This document shows positions 1 through 13,159 of a stretch of 64,000 nt of DNA, in pieces. The first letter of the stretch is position 1. Every line of letters begins with the position of its first letter. The stretch is taken from assembly GCA_951406725.2 (NCBI GenBank), contig OX597824.1:87978001-88042000 (forward strand), in the 5' to 3' direction. The notes under the pieces are model-generated. The model saw nothing but the letters and a program-made list of their open reading frames with translations, did not search any database and was not told where the DNA came from. The position numbers and the translations under genes are program-made. The DNA comes from Octopus vulgaris. Taxonomy: Eukaryota.

Positions 1-53
1 TCTATAATTTTCTCTCTAATTTATTTTTTGTGTTATTTTTTTGTTGTTGCTAG

Positions 54-150
54 TAAACTGTGTGGATCGACATGCTAAATCAAATCCAAACAAGATTGCT
101 CTTATTTGGGAAAAAGATGAACCAGGCCAACAGGAACGGATTACCTATCA
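54..150 (+). CDS. ACSS1: Acetyl-CoA synthetase (ACSS1-like), internal exon A; upstream exons outside window
   Basis: tag| acceptor at 51-53, |gtaagt donor at 151; reads [31 protein letters not shown], typical ACS N-terminal region. Confidence 0.9.
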
Positions 151-405
151 GTAAGTTTAAACAACTGTTATTTTCATCTGTGTAAAGAAGTGCAAATCTC
201 TAGTTTATTTCTTTCTGATACATCAAATGGGTTAGCAGTAGGTCTGTATTTGGCAGTCTTTGCCAAGTTCCTTTGCTGAGGGTGGCCCAAATTGTGTTTC
301 TTTAGGTTGAGTAAATACTCAGGGACAGAGGTGTGCTTGGGTGATAGAATGAATATCATCAGAGTTGATTGTTTTATTATTATTTTATTTATAAAAATAA
401 TAATA

Positions 406-626
406 ATGATGATGATGAGGAGGATGATGAGGATGATGGTGATGATGGTGATGATGGTGATGATGGTGATGGTGGTGATGGTGGTGATGGTGGTGATGAT
501 GATGGTGATGATGATGGTGGTGATGGTGATGATGATGGTGATGATGATTGTGATGATGATGGTGATGATGATGGTGATGATGATGGTGATGATGATGGTG
601 ATGATGATGATGGTGATGATGATGAT
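406..626. repeat. (GAT/GGT)n trinucleotide microsatellite
   Basis: Visible run; source of the poly-His/Met/Asp ORFs. Confidence 0.95.
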
Positions 627-797
627 ACAGGATGCTGGGTGTGTCTCGGCAGGTGATTGTAACAAACATGCAGATTAAAAGTAAATAATAATAATGATAA
701 GGATAATAAAATTTGCTTCCATACATTCTCTTTTAACTGATTGATCGTCTAATGTACTCTTGGTCAAGTTACACTCTGAAACTTTTGTTTATCATTA

Positions 798-838
<41 letters not shown>

Positions 839-1045
839 CAATTGCAGCATGGAAGGTGTTTATAAGCCATTTAAGAAACACACAAAATCCATTAGATTCA
901 ATTCAACATTTAAATTTAATTTGACAAATTAAATTTAAATGTAGAGATGTAATAAATTAGCTAATTGAAAATACCAGAGTGCTCAAAGGACAGAAGAGAT
1001 TTTTGCACTGGATGGATATAGGATTGGAACCCATGAATAAAGGAG

Positions 1046-1365
1046 CACTCCGTCAGTTGCGACGATAAGGGTCCCAGCTGATATGATCAAAGGAACAGCT
1101 TGCTCGTGAAATTAACGTGCAAGTGGCTGAACACTCCACAGACCTATGTACCCTTAACGTAGTTCTAGGGAAGATTCAGTGTGACACAGAGTGTGACAAG
1201 GTTGGCCCTTTGAAATACAGATACTACTCATTTTTGCCAGCCGAGTGGACTGGAGCAATGAGAAATAAAGTGTCTTGCTCAAACACACAACGTGCCGCCG
1301 GGAATTGAACTCACGACCTTACGATCATGAGCCGAATGCCCCTAACCACTAAGCCACGCGCCTTC
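1046..1365 (-). mobile_element. tRNA-derived SINE, family D; related copies ~7148-7380 (+), 8565-8836 (-), 18676-18920 (+)
   Basis: Reverse strand: A-box GTGGCTTAGTGG, B-box GAGTTCAATTC, then CTCCAGTCCACTCGGCTGG core. Confidence 0.75.
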
Positions 1366-1457
1366 AACCAATGAATAGGCAGTATTAAATATGACTACAA
1401 GATGCAGAGTTTGTGTAGGTTTGGAGTTAAGAAAGAAATCAGGTAAGTAAGAAAAAA

Positions 1458-1877
1458 GGCGGCGAGCTGGCAGAATCGTTAGCACATCAGGCGAAATGCT
1501 CAGCGGTATTTCGTCTGCCGTTACGTTCTGAGTTCAAATTCCGCCGAGGTTGACTTTGCCTTTCATCCTTTCGGGGTCGATAAAAATAAGTACCAGTTAC
1601 GCACTGGGGTCGATGTAATCGACTTAATCCGTTTGTCTGTCCTTGTTTGTCCCCTCAGTGTTTAGCCCCTTGTGGGTAGTAAAGAAATAGGTATTTCGTC
1701 TGCCGTTACGTTCTGTGTTCAAATTCCGCTGAGGTCGACTTTGCCTTCCATCCTTTTGGGGTCGATAAAAATAAGTACCAGTTATGCACTGAGGTTGATA
1801 TATTTGACTTAATCTGTTTGTCTGTCCTTGTTTGTCCTCTCTGTGTTTAGCCCCTTGTGGGTAGTAAAGAAATAGGT
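1458..1877 (+). mobile_element. tRNA-derived SINE, family A (Nin/Deu-like core), with tandemly repeated body
   Basis: GGCGGCGAGCTGGCAGAA head; GCCTTTCATCCTTTCGGGGTCGATAAA core present twice. Confidence 0.9.
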
Positions 1878-2220
1878 AAGAAAGAGATCAAAGGCTTTTG
1901 AATAGTCAACATTATTTAATGCTATGAGCACACGACAAAACAGAATTATTAAAGTAGTTAAAGATGGCAAACATGTGGTCCCCAGTGTTAATCCTGTCAA
2001 TATGTAAGGAGTTTTTGTGCACTGAAGTTTGTTGGAGGTGAGCTAGATATCTAATGCTGATAGAGGAATTCAGAGAGTGGTGGAGACAGCAATGAAATTA
2101 GAGAAGCAGGGAAGGCAGTCTTCCATCATAAATGGTGTTGTTGCTAATATTGAGACAAGGAAAGATGAGCAGGGGTGAGAGTGGATTACGCGTCAGTGTG
2201 GGAACCAACTTTTGGGAAAA
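1878..2220 (-). pseudogene. Degraded non-LTR retrotransposon reverse-transcriptase fragment
   Basis: - strand RVLIALNNVDYSKAFD, resembling the RT D(F/Y)SKAFD motif; interrupted by the SINE at 1458. Confidence 0.5.
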
Positions 2221-2278
2221 GAAACTGTTGAATAATGTCTAACATGGACATTGTTTTAAATTTTTATTTTTATTCCAG

Positions 2279-2478
2279 AGAGCTGTACCATATGGTTAAC
2301 CAAATGGGTAACATGCTTCTTCAGCACAATGTGAGTAAAGGAGATCGAGTGGCTATCTATATGCCGAAGTGTCCTGTAGCTGTGACAGCCATGTTAGCTT
2401 GTGCCCGAATTGGTGCTGTTCACTGTGTGGTCTTTGCAGGATTCAGCGATGAAGCATTAGCAGGGAGGATTCAAGATG
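2279..2478 (+). CDS. ACSS1: ACSS1-like exon B
   Basis: ttccag|...|gtaagt; [66 protein letters not shown]; phase compatible with exon A. Confidence 0.95.
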
Positions 2479-2515
2479 GTAAGTCAGATTTATTTTTGAT
2501 TATTGAAATGTTATA

Positions 2516-2817
2516 TCTTTATATATAAAAGTAAAGTTGTGTGGTGTCTGTCTCCTACGATTTAGATTCCTAACTACTCCCACATTTTGCGGTGCAGTTT
2601 AACCAAAACTGGGTATCTTATAGGCGTGATTCATATTGAGCCCTTCTGGGTATTAGCGCGCGTCTACGATGAGTCTACGATTTAAAAAAAAATTTACTAT
2701 CATTTTTTCCCATTTTTAATGCATTTTTTTGCTATTATATAAGGGAAGTAACTCTCTAAAAATGCTTATATAGTTATTTCCCTTACAAATCCGAGCAACG
2801 CCGGGCGATACTGCTAG
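2516..2817 (+). mobile_element. Non-autonomous Helitron-type element
   Basis: A|TC...CTAG|T termini; subterminal hairpin CCGAGCAACGCCGGG about 10 nt before CTAG. Confidence 0.75.
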
Positions 2818-2899
2818 TTTAAAATAAAACACGATTAAGGTTGAAAAATATTCATTTCACATTTTGTTTTCAATTCATAAGACTCGGCAAGCGCAAGTG

Positions 2900-3483
2900 A
2901 GACCATAACCTTGTGGCCTGTGCCAGGGGTGTAACCAGTCCACTTACGCGTGCCTTTCCTTCATTGGACACTAAACTCTGCTTGCGAAGATCTGTTGAGG
3001 CAAGTGAAATCGAAATCGAAATCGATGACTGGCATCTGTGCTAGTGGAGTGCTAAGAGTACCATCCGAGTGAGATCGTTGCCACAGCAACAAGCTGGCCT
3101 CCATGCCGATGGCACGTTAAAAACGCCATTCGAGCGTGATCGTTACCTCCATCGCCTTACTAGCACTTATGCTGGTGGTACGTGAAAAAACATTCGAGTG
3201 AGGTTGTTGCCAGTGCCGCTGGACTGGCTCCTGTGTAGGTGGCACATAAAAAGCACCATTTCAGCGTGGCTGTTGCTAGTACCTCCTGACTGGCCCTCGT
3301 GCTGGTGGAACTTAAAAGCACCCACTACACTCTCAGAGTGGTTGGCGTTAGGAAGGGCGTCCAGCTTTAGAAACTCTGCCAGATCAAGATTGGAGCCTGG
3401 TGCAGCGATCTGGTTCGCCAGTCCTCAGTCAAATCGTCCAACCCATGCCAGCATAGAAAGCAGACGTTAAACGATGATGATGA
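2900..3483 (+). mobile_element. SINE family C (GGTTGGCGTTAGGAAGGGCATCC core, (GAT)n tail); other copies ~5780-6195, 8270-8472, 29590-30120 (+) and 11245-11600, 17258-17690, 27820-28060, 42632-43160 (-)
   Basis: Multi-copy dispersed repeat ending GACGTTAAACGATGATGATG, with internal GGCACGTAAAAGCACC sub-repeats. Confidence 0.85.
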
Positions 3484-3593
3484 TATATAATTGACTTACC
3501 CCTCCTCTAAAATTGCTGGTCTTGTGCTAGAATTTGAAACAATATTTGAAAATACGTACATGTATAATTCTCTTGTGATTTTTTTTTCTCTAT

Positions 3594-5100
3594 GTAAGTT
3601 TATATATTCGTTTATAAGTTTATATATTCGTTTATAAGTTTATATTTTCGTTTATAAGTTTATATATAATTATATATTCATTTATAAGTTTATATATTCG
3701 TTTATAAGTTTATATTTTCGTTTATAAGTTTATATATAATTATATATTCATTTATAAGTTTATATATAATTATATATTCATTTATAAGTTTATATATAAT
3801 TATATATTCATTTATAAGTTTATATATTCGTTTATAAGTTTATATATTCGTTTATAAGTTTATATTTTAGTTTATAAGTTTATATATAATTATAGATTCA
3901 TTTATAAGTTATATATAATTATATATTCATTTATAAGTTTATATATAATTATATATTCATTTATAAGTTTATATATTCGTTTATAAGTTTATATATTCGT
4001 TTATAAGTTTATATTTTCGTTTATAAGTTTATATATAATTATATATTCATTTATAAGTTTATATATAATTATATATTCATTTATAAGTTTATATATTCGT
4101 TTATAAGTTTATATATTCGTTTATAAGTTTATATTTTAGTTTATAAGTTTATATATAATTATATATTCATTTATAAGTTTATATATAATTATATATTCAT
4201 TTATAAGTTTATATATTCGTTTATAAGTTTATATATTCGTTTATAAGTTTATATTTTCGTTTATAAGTTTATATATAATTATATATTCATTTATAAGTTT
4301 ATATATAATTATATATTCATTTATAAGTTTATATATTCGTTTATAAGTTTATATATTCGTTTATAAGTTTATATTTTCGTTTATAAGTTTATATATAATT
4401 ATATATTCATTTATAAGTTTATATATAATTATATATTCATTTATAAGTTTATATATTCGTTTATAAGTTTATATTTTAGTTTATAAGTTTATATATAATT
4501 ATATATTCATTTATAAGTTTATATATAATTATATATTCATTTATAAGTTTATATATTCGTTTATAAGTTTATATATTCGTTTATAAGTTTATATTTTCGT
4601 TTATAAGTTTATATATAATTATATATTCATTTATAAGTTTATATATAATTATATATTCATTTATAAGTTTATATATCCGTTTATAAGTTTATATATTCGT
4701 TTATAAGTTTATATTTTAGTTTATAAGTTTATATATAATTATATATTCATTTATAAGTTTATATATTCATTTATAAGTTTATATAGGTCAAGCATATTCG
4801 TTTATAAATTTATATATTCATTTATAAGTTTATATATAATTATATATTCATTTACATATTCGTTTTTATATTCGTCTATAAGTTTATATATTCATTTATA
4901 AGTTATATATAATTATATATTCATTTATAAGTTTATATATTCGTTTATAAGTTATATATAATTATATATTCGTTTATAAGTTATATATTCGTTTATAAGT
5001 CATTTATAAGTTTATATATTTGTTTATAAGTTATATATAATTATATATTCGTTTATATATTCATTTAAGTTTATATATTCTCTATTTAAGTTTATACATT
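3594..5100. repeat. AT-rich minisatellite of 20-bp (TTTATAAGTTTATATATTCG) and 30-bp (TTTATAAGTTTATATATAATTATATATTCA) units with higher-order periodicity
   Basis: Directly visible ~1.5-kb tandem array. Confidence 0.95.
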
Positions 5101-5118
5101 CGTTGATTTTGTTTACAG

Positions 5119-5294
5119 CTCAAGTGAATACAGTGATAACTGCTGATCAAGGAGTTAGAGGTGGGAAAATCCTAGAGTTAAAGAAAATAGTTGATGCAGC
5201 TGTATCGAAATGTCCAAGTGTAAAGCAGGTCTTTGTGTACAAACGTACTGGAGGAGATGTCCCAATGGGTAAAATTGATATCCCACTTGAAAAG
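5119..5294 (+). CDS. ACSS1: ACSS1-like exon C
   Basis: tttacag|...|gtaaat; QVNTVITADQGVRGGKILELKKIVDAAVSKCPSVKQVFVYKRTGGDVPMGKIDIPLEK. Confidence 0.95.
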
Positions 5295-5390
5295 GTAAAT
5301 GGATACTTGGAATTTCGGTTTCTAATTTTCCATTAGTTATCTTTTCCTTCAGCAAGTTCGCATCCAAAGCAATATGCAACCCTCAAAACT

Positions 5391-5424
<34 letters not shown>

Positions 5425-6207
5425 GGTGGTGGTGGTGGTGGTGGTGGTGATGATGGTGGTGGTGATGATGATGATGATGATGATGCCCTGATGCAGTACC
5501 AGACAGTGGCTCTCATGGCTTTTGATCTTAACTGATTGGAAGTGTTATCATGTACATTGTTTTGCCTTGGTATAAAAGATGGGCTACAGCAAATATTCTG
5601 CTCAATACCACAGATTTGTTTGTCAGTTGTTTGACTTTAACTAGTTGAGGATGTCCCTTAGTGGCTGACGATATGGGCATCTCTGATCATGAGCAGAAGT
5701 ATTAGGGGAGCATGGAAAAAGATCTTAAATGACGATGCGTGCACATATGTGTGTGTGTGTGAGTAACTCTGGTGTTGTGTAACTGGTACCAGTGCTGATG
5801 ACATGTAAAAAGTACCTTTTGAGCATTGGGCCTCACAGAGGCAAAGTGGCTGATGCCAATGGCACATGAAAAGGTCCTTTCGAGTGTTGGGCCTCATGGA
5901 GGCAATGACCAAGACTTTTGGCATTATGTTGTGCTTGAGAAGAAGACCCATCAAACTGAGCAAAATCAATCATGGCAGATACTGGCGTCACGCAAATTGG
6001 CACCTGTGCCAATGGCATGTAAAGGCACCCATTACATTCTTGGAGGGGTTGGCATTAAGAAGGGCATCCAGCAGTAGAAAACCATGCCAAATCAGACTGG
6101 ATCCTATCGCAGCCTTCCAGCTTACCATCCCTGCTCAAACCATCCAACCCATGCCAGCATGGACAGTGGATGCTAAATGATGACAATGATGATGATTATA
6201 TATATAT

Positions 6208-6249
<42 letters not shown>

Positions 6250-6291
6250 ATGTGTATATATATATGTATACATACATATATATATACATAC

Positions 6292-6357
<66 letters not shown>

Positions 6358-6907
6358 GTATATATATAATTGAAAAAAATGTATGGTAGATAAACATGTA
6401 TAACTGGACGGGAGACAAACACAGAAGGTTCTTAATTCTTCATCAGTTATCAACCAATTGCTAATAATTAGTTTTGCACCCTTAATGATGATTTGACTGA
6501 CAGCTTCACAATTGGTGGTGCTCACAAAAACATTCTTTTTGTGGAGAATTAGGGCTGAGAGCAAACAAAGCAAAATGATACAGAGTGTGAGTTAGGATAG
6601 TGGACAAGGATGAACAGTTGACCAAAATGTAGCCTTAGGACCAAGAAGACAAGAATAGTGGGTAATGCTTAGAAAATGCCCTCAAGGATGGAGAGACAAT
6701 GGGCTTCTGTACATATTTTGTCTACCAAATCTACTCATAAGGCCAAAGCTATTGTAGAAGAAATTTGTCTTGGTGCCAAATGGTGGGACTGAACCCAAAA
6801 CCTTTTGGTTGTGGTTGCAAAGTGAGCATCGGAGCCATTATAATTACTGCCTTTGATGATTGTTTATGTTATATTGATAATTGCTTTACTTCTTTTGAAT
6901 TTTTCAG

Positions 6908-7063
6908 GCTCTAAGTGAAGTCTCCAAGCCATATTGTAAACCTCAAGAGATGGATAGTGAAGATCCATTATTTATGTTATACACATCTGGTAGTACCGGG
7001 AGTCCAAAGGGACTTGTGCATACTCAAGCTGGTTATTTGCTGTATACAACCGTTACACACAAA
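6908..7063 (+). CDS. ACSS1: ACSS1-like exon D (AMP-binding P-loop motif)
   Basis: ttttcag|...|gtaagg; [32 protein letters not shown]. Confidence 0.96.
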
Positions 7064-8026
7064 GTAAGGGTCATTTTATAATTTACAACTCTCCACCACA
7101 CACACACACTGTAAACATTAAATATCTTCTATATGGAGTAAAAAGGGGCCATGTGTGGCTTAGTGGTTAGGGTGTTGGACTCATGATGTAGAATTGTGTT
7201 TTTGAATTCTGGCCTGGGCAATGTGCTGTGTTTTGGAGTAAAACACTTCATTGTTCCAGTTCAATGAGCTGGCAAAAGTGTGTAATACTGCGAGGGACTG
7301 GCACCCCATCCAGGGGGAATATATATGTCACAGAATCTGGGAAACTGGCCCTATGAGTTTATATGACTTCGGAAGGTGCTTTATCCTTTATTTGGAGTAA
7401 GCTATAAATGCTTCACAATGTAAAACACATTTTATATCATGAAATTTCATGAAAGTAAAGAAATATGTTAATATTAGGTTTTTAAAGAAAAGATTTAATG
7501 ATTTATTCTTTTATTTGTTTCAGTCGTTTTGACTGCGACCATGCTGGGGCACCGCCTTTAGTCAAGCAAATTGACCCCAGGACTTATTCTTTGTACGCCT
7601 AGTACACTCAGTACACACTGTAAAGTGGTTGGTGTTAAGAAAGGCATCCAGCTATAGAAACCATGCCAAAGTTGATACTGGAGCACAATGCAATCCTTGG
7701 GTCCTGTCAAACCATTCAACCCATGCCAACATGGAACATGGATTTTAAATGTTGATGATGATGATGATGGTGATGACAATGAAGATGACAATGATGATGA
7801 TGATCATCATCATCATTGTTTAACGTCTGCTTTCCATGCTAGCATGGGTTGGACAATCTTATAGTGTAATTATAAAAATAAACAATCACATCGTTGAAAT
7901 CTCAAAACCATGAAACGAAGCAGGATTAATTCAAAATGGTGAGAATAGATAAGCTTTACATTTGACAGAATAATCTCAATGCTAAAGGATTAAATACTTA
8001 CCATAGTAATTATATCTAATTTACAG

Positions 8027-8174
8027 CATGTATTTGATTACCAAACGGATGATATCTTTGGATGTGTGGCTGATATTGGCTGGATAACTGGACATAGCTA
8101 TGTTGTGTATGGACCACTAAGTAATGGAGGCACAACGCTTCTGTTTGAGAGTACACCAACCTACCCAAACCCAG
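8027..8174 (+). CDS. ACSS1: ACSS1-like exon E
   Basis: tttacag|...|gtaaca; [49 protein letters not shown]. Confidence 0.96.
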
Positions 8175-8879
8175 GTAACAAATATTTGCGATTCAATTAA
8201 TATGTTTATGTTTGTTTCAGTTATTTGACTGTTGCCATGCTGGAGCACCACCTTGAAGGGTTTTAGCCTCGTCTGGCACTTGTGCAGGTGGTACATAAAA
8301 AGCACCCACTACACTCTCGGAGTGGTTGGCGTTAGGAAGGGCATCCAGCTGTAGAAACACTGCAAGATCAGACTGGGCCTGGCACAGCCTTCTGGCTTCC
8401 CAGACCCCAGTTGAACCGTCCAACCCATGCTAGCATGGAAAACTGACGTTAAACAATGATGATGATGATGATGAAGTTGACCCCAGGACTTTTTCTGAAG
8501 CCTAGTACTTATTCTATTGGTCTCTTTGCTGAACCACTAAATTACAAAGACATAAACACACCAAGTCCAGGCAAGGTTGTTTATGGAAGACCAGCAGTCA
8601 CCCAAGCATACCGGCCTCCCCTCTCCACGCCACCAGTGTTATCCAAGGGAAAGGCAAAGGGGCCGATACAGCTTGGCACCTGTGACATCGCAACTCATTT
8701 CTACAGCTGAGTGGACTGAGCAACGTGAAATAAAGTGTCTTGCTCAAGAACACAACACACAGCCTGGTCTGGGAATCGAACTCACAACCTCACGATCGAA
8801 AGCTCTACGCTCTAACCACTAAGCCATGCGCCTTCACACATACATACACACCCACACACACAATATATATATATACACA

Positions 8880-9110
8880 GGCGGCGAGCTGGCAGAATCG
8901 TTAGCACGCCGGGCGAAATGCGTAGTCGTATTTCGTCTGCCGTTATGTTCTGGGATCAAATTCCGGCGAGGTCGACTTTGCCTTTCATCCTTTCGGGGTC
9001 GATAAATAAAGTACCAGTTTCGCACTGGGGTCGATATTATCGACTTAATCCGTCTATCTGTCCTTGTTTGTCCCCTCTGTGTTTAGCCCCTTGTGGGTGG
9101 TAAAGAAATA
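8880..9110 (+). mobile_element. SINE family A
   Basis: Same head and core as the 1458 copy. Confidence 0.9.
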
Positions 9111-9400
9111 TATATATATACACAGTTGGTTTCTTTTAGTCTCTTCTAAACCCACTCACATGGCTTTGGTCAGCCCAGGGCTACAACAGAAGATACTTGC
9201 CCAAGGTACCATGCAGTGGAACTGAAGCCAAAGCCATGTGGTTGAGGAGCAAACTTCTTGACTGCACTGTCAGGCCTGCACCACACTTTTACCAAACAAG
9301 AAACAACAAATAGGTGCAACAATTAATAACTTTGTATAACTTTTCGATCTTAAACTTGAGAAATCTATCTTCTTGTTTTGAACCATTCTTTCTTTTAAAG

Positions 9401-9538
9401 GTCGCTATTGGGAAGTCGTGGAGAGACTTAAGTTGACTCACATATACTTGGCACCCACAGCTCTTCGTTTGTTGATTAAAATGGGAGATTCATGGGTACA
9501 TAATTATGACAAATCCTCTCTGCGTGTTCTGGGAAGTG
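9401..9538 (+). CDS. ACSS1: ACSS1-like exon F
   Basis: ttttaaag|...|gtaagt; [45 protein letters not shown]. Confidence 0.95.
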
Positions 9539-9605
9539 GTAAGTTTATAACATTAATCCCTACTTGTAACAATTAATATTGTTGTTGTATATTTTTATGC
9601 ATATA

Positions 9606-9960
9606 TTTCGTTTTTGGATTTGGTTTGCAAGATTCTTTATCTGAGTTCGTGTGTTGAAGCATATTCTGTTGTGTCTGGGGAGAGTCATTTTCTTTTTGTG
9701 CCTTATAATATAACACACTCGCCGGTAAAATTTCCAATTTTTTCTTATTTTTATTTTCCTAAAATTTTCGTTGCGTCTTGCAACCTTTTCAATAGTTTTA
9801 TAAATAGAATTATAAAATTATAATAAGTAAAATAAGGGCAACTACCACAAAAATTTTAGGAAAAAATAAAATAAGAAATAAGTGGAAATTTTACCGGTGA
9901 GTGTGTTACATTATAAGGCACAAAAAGAAAATGACTTTCCCCAGGCACAACAGTTTATGC
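9606..9960. mobile_element. Dispersed repeat (Penelope-LTR-like by inference) with partial inverted second copy; another copy inverted at 15575-15767
   Basis: ~9660-9768 is the reverse complement of ~9850-9960; near-identical to 15575-15767; carries a hammerhead-like motif. Confidence 0.65.
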
Positions 9961-12115
9961 ATATATTTTTCTCTATAGTATTCTTTTCATGGTTCCCCAT
10001 GAAATATAGTCTACTTTAGATGTTGGATAGTAAGTGGTAAAGACGGACAAGATCTATTAGAGAGTGGGAAAAAGGAAAGGAATCAAGAAGGGAGATAACC
10101 CCTGTCACAACATTTATTTAGAAGAAGGGGAGGAGAAAAAGTTGTTATTGAGAAAGAAATACAGTGAGAGTGTGTGTGAGTGTGTGTGCATGTGTATGAA
10201 AAATAGATAGACAGATAGATATATAGTGTTGTCACCATAGTAACTGACAAGATTTGATTACAAACGTAGGAATTTTAAGTGCAAGTCTGTCAACACAACA
10301 CATACTTAAAAAAATAATTATATATATAAAATACATTTAGTTATCTTTTTAGTTGTTTGTGTGTGTGTGTGTGTGTATTTCTGTGTGTGTTTCTGTATGT
10401 TTTTCAACATACACAAAAAACACAGATATTAAAAAAAAGACTGTCACTATAATGACAGTCTGTTGTTGTTGTTGTTGTTGTTGTTGAAAGAGAAATAAGT
10501 GAGAGAGAGTGTGTGAAAGAAAGAATTAAGAAATATGTTTCAAGGTTGTTGTTGAGTAAATCAATATAACCATTGTAATAGGTGTCTGCTGAAGGATCTA
10601 TTTCATCTTGATTAGGTCGTTACCAGGTAGCAGAATGACAGGTAGTGACAAGTGTTTCTCAAATCACATCCTACCGTCGGAATCACATTGAATAAGATTA
10701 TTCAAAATGTAATATGTCTGACAAAAAGACAAAAAATGAAAAACATGCAGTATTCAAACTTTTAATCACGGGTCTGTCCAATTAGGACCATAATAAAAAT
10801 AGCCACTGCCTGTTGTTACTGGATTCTGGTGAGGTATATATTTGGCTACAGAATTGAACGGATTGAATGACTGTATAGGATTTCCATTGAGACTGGCAGC
10901 TGTAGAACATTTGGTTTAAAAATGCATAACCTGGAAAAAAATATTGCTTTTGTAACTATTTCTGGGAATGTTAAATGATGATGATGATGATGATGGAAGT
11001 GGTGGTGGTGGTGTGGTGGTGGTTGTGGAGAGTGTTGGTGTTGGTGGTGATGGTGGTGATGGTGGTGGTGGTGGTGGTGATGGTAGTGGTGGTAATGACG
11101 ATAATGATGAATGCTATTAATTAAATTGCTTCTGCTTGTTTTGATTAAATTTTTCGCATACACATATCTAGGAACAGTCTTTAATTTTTTTTTGCTTTCC
11201 ATCATTGAAAATTTTAGGAAGAAAATTTCAAAATATTTTCACAAAATCATCATCATCATCATCATCATTGAAAGTCCACTTTCCATGCTGCCATGGGTTG
11301 GACGATTTGACTGAGGACTGGCGAACCAGATGGCTGCACCAGGCTCCAATCTTGATCTGGCAGAATTTCTACAGCTGGATGCCCTTCCTAATACCAACCA
11401 CTCGGAGAGTGTGGTGGGTGCTTTTATGTGCCACTGGCATGGGGGCCAGTCAGGTGGTACTGGCAACAACCTCACTCGAATGTTTTTTCACGTGCCAGTA
11501 AGGCAACGCTGGTAATGATCACACTCGAATGGTGACTTTTATGTGCCACTGGCATGGAAGCCAGCTAGCCGCTCCTGCAATGATCATGCTCGGATGGGAC
11601 TCTTTACATATAAATCTCATGAAGAAAACGTTTTTGAAAACATCATAATGCTTAATATTCTTAAATGTGATAGCATAGGGACAGATACAGCTAGATGTTT
11701 AAGGTGCTTGCTTTCCAATCATGCGGTCTTGAAATCAGTCCCAATGCATGACACTTTGGGTAAGGGTCTTCTATTTTAGCCTCTGGCTGATCAAAGTCTT
11801 GTGGATGGGTTTGGCAGATGGAACTAAAAGAAGCTTGTCGTGTGTATATGTATGTTGTGTGTTTGTGTGTATCCTTGACTTGACATCATGTGATGGCTGT
11901 AAACAAGCATCACTGTCATACAAGCAGTGTTGTTCATGTCTGGTTTTCTGTGGAATGCATGTCTAGCAATGGAAAACTATTATTTCGCTTGAAAACACAC
12001 GAGGGTTGGTGACAGTATAGGCATCCAACAACAGAAAGATGTACCTCAACAAATTCTGTCTGATCCATGCAAGCATGGAATAGTGAATGTTAAATGATAA
12101 TGATGACAAGGATGG

Positions 12116-12185
<70 letters not shown>

Positions 12186-12302
12186 TACTGTTAATTAAAT
12201 TGTTTTTGTTTATTTTGATTAATTTTTTTGCATGCATATATCTATAGACTGTCTTCAGTTTTTCTTTGTTTTTCATCTTTGGAATATAAATCCCTGTTTT
12301 AG

Positions 12303-12395
12303 TCGGAGAACCTCTCAATCATGAAGCCTGGGAGTGGTATTACAAAAACGTTGGAGAGCAACGGTGCGACATTGTCGATACTTGGTGGCAGACAG
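12303..12395 (+). CDS. ACSS1: ACSS1-like exon G
   Basis: ttttag|...|gtaaga; [30 protein letters not shown]. Confidence 0.96.
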
Positions 12396-12470
12396 GTAAG
12401 ATTAGCAAGTTACCAATTCCTCAAACATAGCAGCAGTTCCCAAACTCTTTTTTGCACAGTGGGCTGGTTT

Positions 12471-13116
12471 TGTTTGTTCCTTCTCGAGCCCCACCTGGCT
12501 CATAAGGGCCAGTTTCCTTGGCATATAGGTTCCCCACCTGGACGGGACGCCAGCCCGTCGCAGGTGAGCTGCAAGATGCAGGAGGAAAGAGTGAGAGAAA
12601 GTTGTGGCGAAAGAGTCAGCAGACGTTCGCCATTACCTTCTGTCAGAGCCACGGGGAGCTTAGGTGTTTCACTCATAAACACACACATCGCCCAATCTGA
12701 GATTTGAACCCACGATCCCTCGACGGCAAGTCCACTGCTTTAACCTCTAGACTATGTGCCTCCACCAATTTTACCTTCCTCTGGCACTAAATCTACAGAT
12801 ATTCAATTTTACCTTGTTTTCCTTCTCGAGCCATGCCTGGCTCATAAGGGCCGGTTTCCTGCTTTCCTTGGCATATAGGTTTTCCACCTGGATGGGACGC
12901 TGGTCCGTTGCAGGTGAGCTGCAAGATGCAGGAGGAAAGAGTGAGAGAAAGTTGTGGCGAAAGAGTCAGCAGAAGTTCGCCATTACCTTCTGCCGGAGCC
13001 ACGTGGAGCTTAGGTGTTTCGCTCATAAACACACACATCACCCAGTCTGAGATTCGAACCCGTGATGCTTTGACTGCGAGTCTGCTGCTCTAACCACTAG
13101 GTCATGTGCCTCCACA
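12471..13116 (-). mobile_element. Tandem dimer of V-domain SINE (12471-12765 and 12816-13116)
   Basis: tRNA-like head GTGGAGGCACAT..TAGTGGTTAGAGC..GGTTCGAATC; V-SINE-like CCTGCGA.GG.CTGGCGTCCCGTCCAGG; flanked by 13-bp direct repeat AGTGGGCTGGTTT (12458-70, 13117-29). Confidence 0.88.
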
Positions 13117-13159
13117 AGTGGGCTGGTTTAATGCCTACATATAGAATACGTATATTCTA

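Noticed and set aside
174-726. Poly-His/Ile/Met/Asp ORFs
   Set aside because: Translations of a (GAT/GGT)n microsatellite inside an ACSS1 intron
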